The position numbers and the translations under genes were made by a program. 45,427 bases of DNA from an uncultured Mycoplasmatota bacterium (GTDB lineage: Bacteria > Bacillota_I > Bacilli_A > RF39 > UBA660), in NCBI GenBank assembly GCA_948329525.1, contig CAOJBM010000003.1:1-45427 (forward strand), given 5' to 3'. Below are positions 40,778 through 45,427 of the stretch, piece after piece. Every line of letters starts with the position of its first letter. The stretch's first letter is position 1. Under the pieces are notes generated by a model. The model was not told the origin of the DNA. It saw nothing but the letters and a program-made list of their open reading frames with translations, and did no database searches.

Positions 40778-41281
40778 ATGATAATATTAGCACGAATGGA
40801 AGATTTAGAAGAAATTTTAGAAACTACTGAAGAAATAAAAAAGGAATTATTAGCTATGAATAATTTGCAATGGGGTTCAACTGAAGAAAGTTATCCTAAT
40901 AGAACGCAATTTGAGCATGACATAAAAAATAAGAGTTTATATGCTTATAAAGAAGATAATACAATTAAAGGTTTTATTTCTGTAGCAGAAGATGATAACT
41001 CCTATGACGACTTATTAGAAAATAGTAAAGAAACTTCTTATATTCTTCATCGTTTAGCAATAAAAAAAGAATATAGAAATCAAGATATTGCTAATAAACT
41101 ATTACAGTTTTGTGAAGAATTAGCTATCAAAAATAATATAAAAGTTTTAAAAGCTGATACAGAAGAAAAAAATTTAAAAATGAATAGATTATTTTTAAAA
41201 TTAAATTATAAAAAAATAGGTGAATTTGAGTATGATGATTATCCAGGCCATTATATTTATTATGAAAAAGAAGTAAGGTGA
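40778..41281 (+). CDS. GNAT-family N-acetyltransferase
   Basis: The RLAIKKEYRNQDIANKLL acetyl-CoA-binding segment is present. The start was moved to the ATG at 40778, which follows an AGGGTGA RBS. Confidence 0.75.
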   Translation: MIILARMEDLEEILETTEEIKKELLAMNNLQWGSTEESYPNRTQFEHDIKNKSLYAYKEDNTIKGFISVAEDDNSYDDLLENSKETSYILHRLAIKKEYRNQDIANKLLQFCEELAIKNNIKVLKADTEEKNLKMNRLFLKLNYKKIGEFEYDDYPGHYIYYEKEVR

Positions 41282-41285
41282 AGAT

Positions 41286-43154
41286 ATGTATGATGTAATA
41301 GTTGTCGGTGGCGGGCATGCTGGTTGTGAAGCAGCTTATGCCTGTGCCAAAAAGAATCATAATACTCTTTTAATTACTAGTAATCTAAAAAATATTGCTG
41401 ATATGCCTTGTAATCCTCATATTGGTGGAAGTGCTAAAGGTATTGTTGTAAGAGAAATAGATGCATTAGGTGGAATAATGGGTAAAGTTGCTGATAAAAC
41501 TCATTTACAAATAAAAATGCTCAACTATGCTAAAGGACCAGCAGTAAGAGCACTAAGAGCTCAAGGAGATAAAGTAACTTATCCAAAAGAAATGTTAAAT
41601 ATTCTTAATAGTTTAAAATCACTAGAAATTAAAGAAGGTATGGTTGAAGATTTAATTATTGAAGATAAAAAAGTAAAAGGAATAATTTTAAGTGATGGAA
41701 CTAAAATTGAAGCTAAGATAGTTATTTTAACAACTGGCACATACTTAAAAGCTGATATTTTAGTTGGTAATACAAGAACAAGAAAAGGTCCCCATGGAGA
41801 ACAACCTTCTAATTATTTAAGTGATAATTTAAAAAAATATGGTTTTAAAATTATAAGATTAAAAACAGGTACTCCACAAAGAATAGATAAAAATACTATA
41901 GATTACTCGAAATTAAAAATGGAACCTGGAGATAGTGTTTATCATACTTTCAGTTTTGATTTAGAACCATCATATAAAATAGAAGATCAATTACCTTGTT
42001 ACTTAACTTATACAACAGAAGAAACTCATAAAATAATTAGAGATAACTTAAATAAATCAAGTATGTATGGAGCTTTAGATGATATCGAAGGCATTGGACC
42101 AAGATATTGTCCATCTATCGAAGATAAAATAGTTCGCTTTGCGGATAAAGAAAAACATCAATTATTTGTCGAACCAGAAAGTAAATATTATGATGATATT
42201 TATTTACAAGGTTTTTCCACTTCGATGCCTCATGAAGTACAAGAAAAAATGGTTCATAGCTTACCAGGGTTTAAAAATGCTAAAATATTAAAATATGGTT
42301 ACGCTATAGAATATGATGCGATAAACCCAACACAGTTACAAGCCAGTTTGGAGACAAAAATAATCGAAAACTTATTTACAGCTGGACAAATAAATGGAAC
42401 AAGTGGTTATGAAGAAGCTGCTTGTCAAGGGTTAATAGCTGGAATTAATGCGACTTTAAAATTAGAAGGAAAGGAACCATTAATTCTAAAAAGAAGTGAT
42501 GCTTATATCGGAGTTTTAATTGATGATTTAATAACAAAAGGTATCCGTGACCCTTATCGTTTACTTACATCACGTGCAGAATTTCGTCTTCTTTTAAGAC
42601 ATGATAATGCTGATTTAAGACTTCGAAAATATGGTTATGAAGTAGGATTAATTGATGATGAAAGATATAAAAAGTTAATTAAGAAAGAAAAAGAAATTCA
42701 GGAATTAAAAGAGTATATGGCTACTACTCACCTTAAAATAGATGAAGAAACAAAAAAGAAATTTGAGGAAAATAATATATCTTTACCTGTAGGAAGTTTA
42801 ACTTTAGGTAATTTAATAAAAAGACCAGAAATTAATATGAAATTTATGTGTTCTTTAATAGATATTCCTTTTATGGAAAATATCCAAAATCAAGTAGAAA
42901 TTGAGTTAAAATATGAAGGATATATTGAAAAAGCCAAAAAAGAAGCTGAAAAGATGTTAAAACTAGAAAAAAAACAAATACCTGAAGATATTGATTATGA
43001 CAAAATAAAAAATATTGCTTCCGAAGCAAGGCAGAAACTTAAAGAAGTCAAACCACGAACTATTGCGCAAGCTATTAGAATAAGTGGAGTTAATCCTTCC
43101 GATATCTCTGTTTTAAGTATTTATTTAAAGAAAGAATATGGTAAAGATGAATAA
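41286..43154 (+). CDS. mnmG: tRNA uridine 5-carboxymethylaminomethyl modification enzyme MnmG
   Basis: VVGGGHAGCEAA FAD-binding motif; 622 aa. Confidence 0.96.
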   Translation: MYDVIVVGGGHAGCEAAYACAKKNHNTLLITSNLKNIADMPCNPHIGGSAKGIVVREIDALGGIMGKVADKTHLQIKMLNYAKGPAVRALRAQGDKVTYPKEMLNILNSLKSLEIKEGMVEDLIIEDKKVKGIILSDGTKIEAKIVILTTGTYLKADILVGNTRTRKGPHGEQPSNYLSDNLKKYGFKIIRLKTGTPQRIDKNTIDYSKLKMEPGDSVYHTFSFDLEPSYKIEDQLPCYLTYTTEETHKIIRDNLNKSSMYGALDDIEGIGPRYCPSIEDKIVRFADKEKHQLFVEPESKYYDDIYLQGFSTSMPHEVQEKMVHSLPGFKNAKILKYGYAIEYDAINPTQLQASLETKIIENLFTAGQINGTSGYEEAACQGLIAGINATLKLEGKEPLILKRSDAYIGVLIDDLITKGIRDPYRLLTSRAEFRLLLRHDNADLRLRKYGYEVGLIDDERYKKLIKKEKEIQELKEYMATTHLKIDEETKKKFEENNISLPVGSLTLGNLIKRPEINMKFMCSLIDIPFMENIQNQVEIELKYEGYIEKAKKEAEKMLKLEKKQIPEDIDYDKIKNIASEARQKLKEVKPRTIAQAIRISGVNPSDISVLSIYLKKEYGKDE

Positions 43155-43866
43155 AGAAGAGTTTATTAGTGAGGTAGAAAAATTAGGAATTAAATTAAGC
43201 GAAGAGCAATTAAACCAATTTCAAATATATTGTGACTTTCTACTTGAAAAGAATAAAGTTGTTAATTTAACAGCTATTAAAGATGAAGAGAGTGTTTATT
43301 TAAAACATTTTTATGATTGTATAACTATCTTTAAATCAGGTGTAATTAAACCTAATTCTAAAGTATTAGATATTGGAAGTGGGGCAGGTTTTCCAGGAAT
43401 TGTAATAAAAATAATTGAACCTAGTATTAATTTAACTGTGCTTGACTCTAGTATGAAAAGAATCAATTTTATAGCTGAATTAACAAACAAACTAAATATT
43501 AAAAGAATTGATTTTGTTGATAAAAGAAGCGAAGACTATTTTCCTTTAGTTCATGATGAGTTTGATATTGTAACAGCACGAGCAGTAGCTAACTTAAATA
43601 CTATATCTGAACTTGCTATTCCTTTTGTAAAATTAAATGGTTACTTTTTAGCAATGAAAGGAAAATATAAAAAAGAATTAGAAGAAGCAAAAGAAGCAAT
43701 TTCTATTTTAGGTGGGAAAATAGAAGAAATAATTGAGTTTAAATTACCTAAAGAAGCAAGTGATAGAGCTATTCTTAAAATAAAGAAGATAGCTAAGACA
43801 CCTAGTAATTATCCGCGACGTTACGACAAAATAATCAAATATCCATTGAAAAAAAATATAAAATAA
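43138..43866 (+). CDS. rsmG: 16S rRNA m7G527 methyltransferase RsmG
   Basis: DIGSGAGFPG SAM-binding motif. Overlaps the mnmG 3' end; an alternative ATG lies at 43147. Confidence 0.92.
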   Translation: MVKMNKEEFISEVEKLGIKLSEEQLNQFQIYCDFLLEKNKVVNLTAIKDEESVYLKHFYDCITIFKSGVIKPNSKVLDIGSGAGFPGIVIKIIEPSINLTVLDSSMKRINFIAELTNKLNIKRIDFVDKRSEDYFPLVHDEFDIVTARAVANLNTISELAIPFVKLNGYFLAMKGKYKKELEEAKEAISILGGKIEEIIEFKLPKEASDRAILKIKKIAKTPSNYPRRYDKIIKYPLKKNIK

Positions 43867-43905
43867 GGTATTATTATAACAGAATAGGAAAAAGGGGCTG
43901 ATAAT

Positions 43906-45237
43906 ATGAACATGGATAATGAAGTATTACAGGTTAATTTGGACGATATTATTCCAAATAGATTTCAGCCAAGAATTGCATTTGATGAACAAGGTTTAAA
44001 GGAATTATCGGATTCAATTAAAGAACATGGTATTATTCAGCCACTTGTTTTGCGAAAACTTGGTAATAAATATGAAATAATAGCAGGAGAACGAAGATAC
44101 AAAGCTGCCACAATGGCAGGACTTACAACAGTACCAGCTGTAATTTCGAATATTGATGATAATAAAAGTGCGGAAGTAGCTTTAGTAGAAAATATTCAAA
44201 GAAGAGACTTAACACCAATCGAAGAAGCAAAGTCTTATAAGAATTTACTAGATAAAGGTTATCTAACACAAGAACAACTAGCTACTAAAATGGGACTTTC
44301 CCAACCTGCAGTAGCCAATAAACTACGTCTTTTAAATTTAGATGAAGAAGTGCAGCAAGCTTTATTACAAGAAAAAATTTCCGAAAGACATGCTAGGTCA
44401 CTACTTCAATTAGAGTCATTAGATGACCAAAGAAAATGGTTAAATAGAATTATTAATGAACGATTAACTGTAAGACAATTAGACCAAGAAATTAAGAAAT
44501 ATTTAGATGAAGAAGACGAAGAAGATGTGCCAACTGTTAATTTAACACCAAATATTGAAGATATTAAAGCAAATGCCCAAGATATTAACCCAGACAAAGT
44601 AGAAAAAGACATAAAGAGTATGATGGTACCTGATAGTATGATGACTGAGTATAGTAGTTCTCTACCTTCTAATCTGGGAATTAACCCAATAGTTATGGAA
44701 AAAGAAAGTAAACCAGATTTAATGTTTTCGCCTAATTCTCAACCACTTCGAGAAAATAATAATCGTTTCTTTAATTTTACTGATGATGAACCAGCTAATA
44801 TGGAAATGGGTGAAATAAAAGCGACGAATGTATTCAAGAATAATGAATTAGATATAATTGATGATAATAGTTTAAATGCTGATAAAATTTCAAATGATGT
44901 AGAAAAAAGTGAGCAACCAGAAATGCAAGAAAAAATAGATTCTTCTTTTAATGCTAACCCTAATAATCGTTTTTTTACCCCGATGCTTGATGAAATAAAA
45001 GAAAATCCAATAACGGCTCCTAAAGAAGAAGTAGTAATTGACCCAATGAGTAGAATAGATAATTTAGATGCAAAAGCAAATGAGACTTTAGTAGAAACGG
45101 AACAAATGGAACTAGTAGATGCTATAAAAGAGACAAGAAATTCTATAAATAATTTAAAAAACAAGGGATTTAATGTTATTATTGATGAAATTGATTTAGA
45201 AGATGAATATCAAATTACAGTAAAAATTAAAAAATAA
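43906..45237 (+). CDS. noc: ParB-family protein, Noc (nucleoid occlusion)-type, with a roughly 200-aa acidic/Asn-rich insertion
   Basis: Lies after rsmG, as noc does in B. subtilis. IIPNRFQPRIAF, GERRYKAA (CTP-binding motif), VANKLRLLNL and ISERHARSLL are present. The C-terminal GFNVIIDEIDLEDEYQITVKIKK resembles the B. subtilis Noc C-terminus more than Spo0J (from memory). Perfect NBS sites occur in the window. Confidence 0.8.
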   Translation: MNMDNEVLQVNLDDIIPNRFQPRIAFDEQGLKELSDSIKEHGIIQPLVLRKLGNKYEIIAGERRYKAATMAGLTTVPAVISNIDDNKSAEVALVENIQRRDLTPIEEAKSYKNLLDKGYLTQEQLATKMGLSQPAVANKLRLLNLDEEVQQALLQEKISERHARSLLQLESLDDQRKWLNRIINERLTVRQLDQEIKKYLDEEDEEDVPTVNLTPNIEDIKANAQDINPDKVEKDIKSMMVPDSMMTEYSSSLPSNLGINPIVMEKESKPDLMFSPNSQPLRENNNRFFNFTDDEPANMEMGEIKATNVFKNNELDIIDDNSLNADKISNDVEKSEQPEMQEKIDSSFNANPNNRFFTPMLDEIKENPITAPKEEVVIDPMSRIDNLDAKANETLVETEQMELVDAIKETRNSINNLKNKGFNVIIDEIDLEDEYQITVKIKK

Positions 45238-45427
45238 GCAATCATTATTGATTACTTATTTTTTTTAAAACATTTTAAGTGTCTATTAATTGTCAAATAA
45301 TATGCTTTATATTTTAAAGAATATATTTTTTATGTATACTAAAGGTAGCATATATTATTTTATAAGGTAGGTGAATAGAGTTGTTCGGAAACTAGTTAAG
45401 CTCTATCAAAATTATAAAATCCACATA

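Noticed and set aside
44406-45164. Minus-strand ORFs 44406..44612 and 44739..45164.
   Set aside because: They are antisense to the low-complexity insertion of noc. Their Ser/Phe/Ile-rich composition mirrors the Glu/Asn/Lys-rich sense strand.
45371-45427. A possible gene start (GTG AAT AGA GTT GTT CGG..., giving VNRVVRKLVKLYQNYKIHI) running off the right edge.
   Set aside because: Only 19 codons are visible, the spacing to the AAGG RBS-like sequence is poor, and it does not resemble Soj/ParA (no KGGVGKT motif). It cannot be supported.

Overview
Very AT-rich, standard-code (TGA = stop) chromosome segment from a low-GC Bacillota genome, centred on the replication origin. spoVT-, bofA-, comK- and noc-type genes are present, and gene order resembles the B. 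subtilis oriC region. Gene orientation flips at about 34.5-34.7 kb. To the left all genes are on the minus strand: dnaA, dnaN, comK-like, recF, gyrB, gyrA, SRP RNA, tadA, dnaX, ybaB, recR, bofA-like, holB, ricT, trmN6, pth, mfd, spoVT, a lipoprotein gene, a T-box-controlled dut-orf-metG-tatD operon, yabE-like and rsmA. To the right all genes are on the plus strand: a radical-SAM gene, rpmH, rnpA, yidC, jag, a P-loop orphan, mnmE, a GNAT, mnmG, rsmG and noc. Perfect DnaA boxes sit in the dnaA upstream region. Positions 1-9231 form an accessory block. It holds a giant Rhs/YD-repeat gene that the ORF track missed because its stop codon lies outside the window, a phage-fibre-tip-like gene immediately upstream of it, a secreted orphan, a membrane-anchored XRE regulator and a CAP-domain protein. 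Features not on the track: a T-box leader, a short SRP RNA, rpmH, two perfect parS sites, three perfect Noc-binding sites (two of them in frame inside dnaX), several intrinsic terminators and sigma-A promoters, and a lipoprotein gene interrupted by an in-frame TGA in its lipobox. No transposase, integrase, CRISPR array, rRNA or tRNA was seen. The best candidate for a new system is the fibre-tip-like plus Rhs gene pair. The Noc homologue and its binding-site layout are also unusual.
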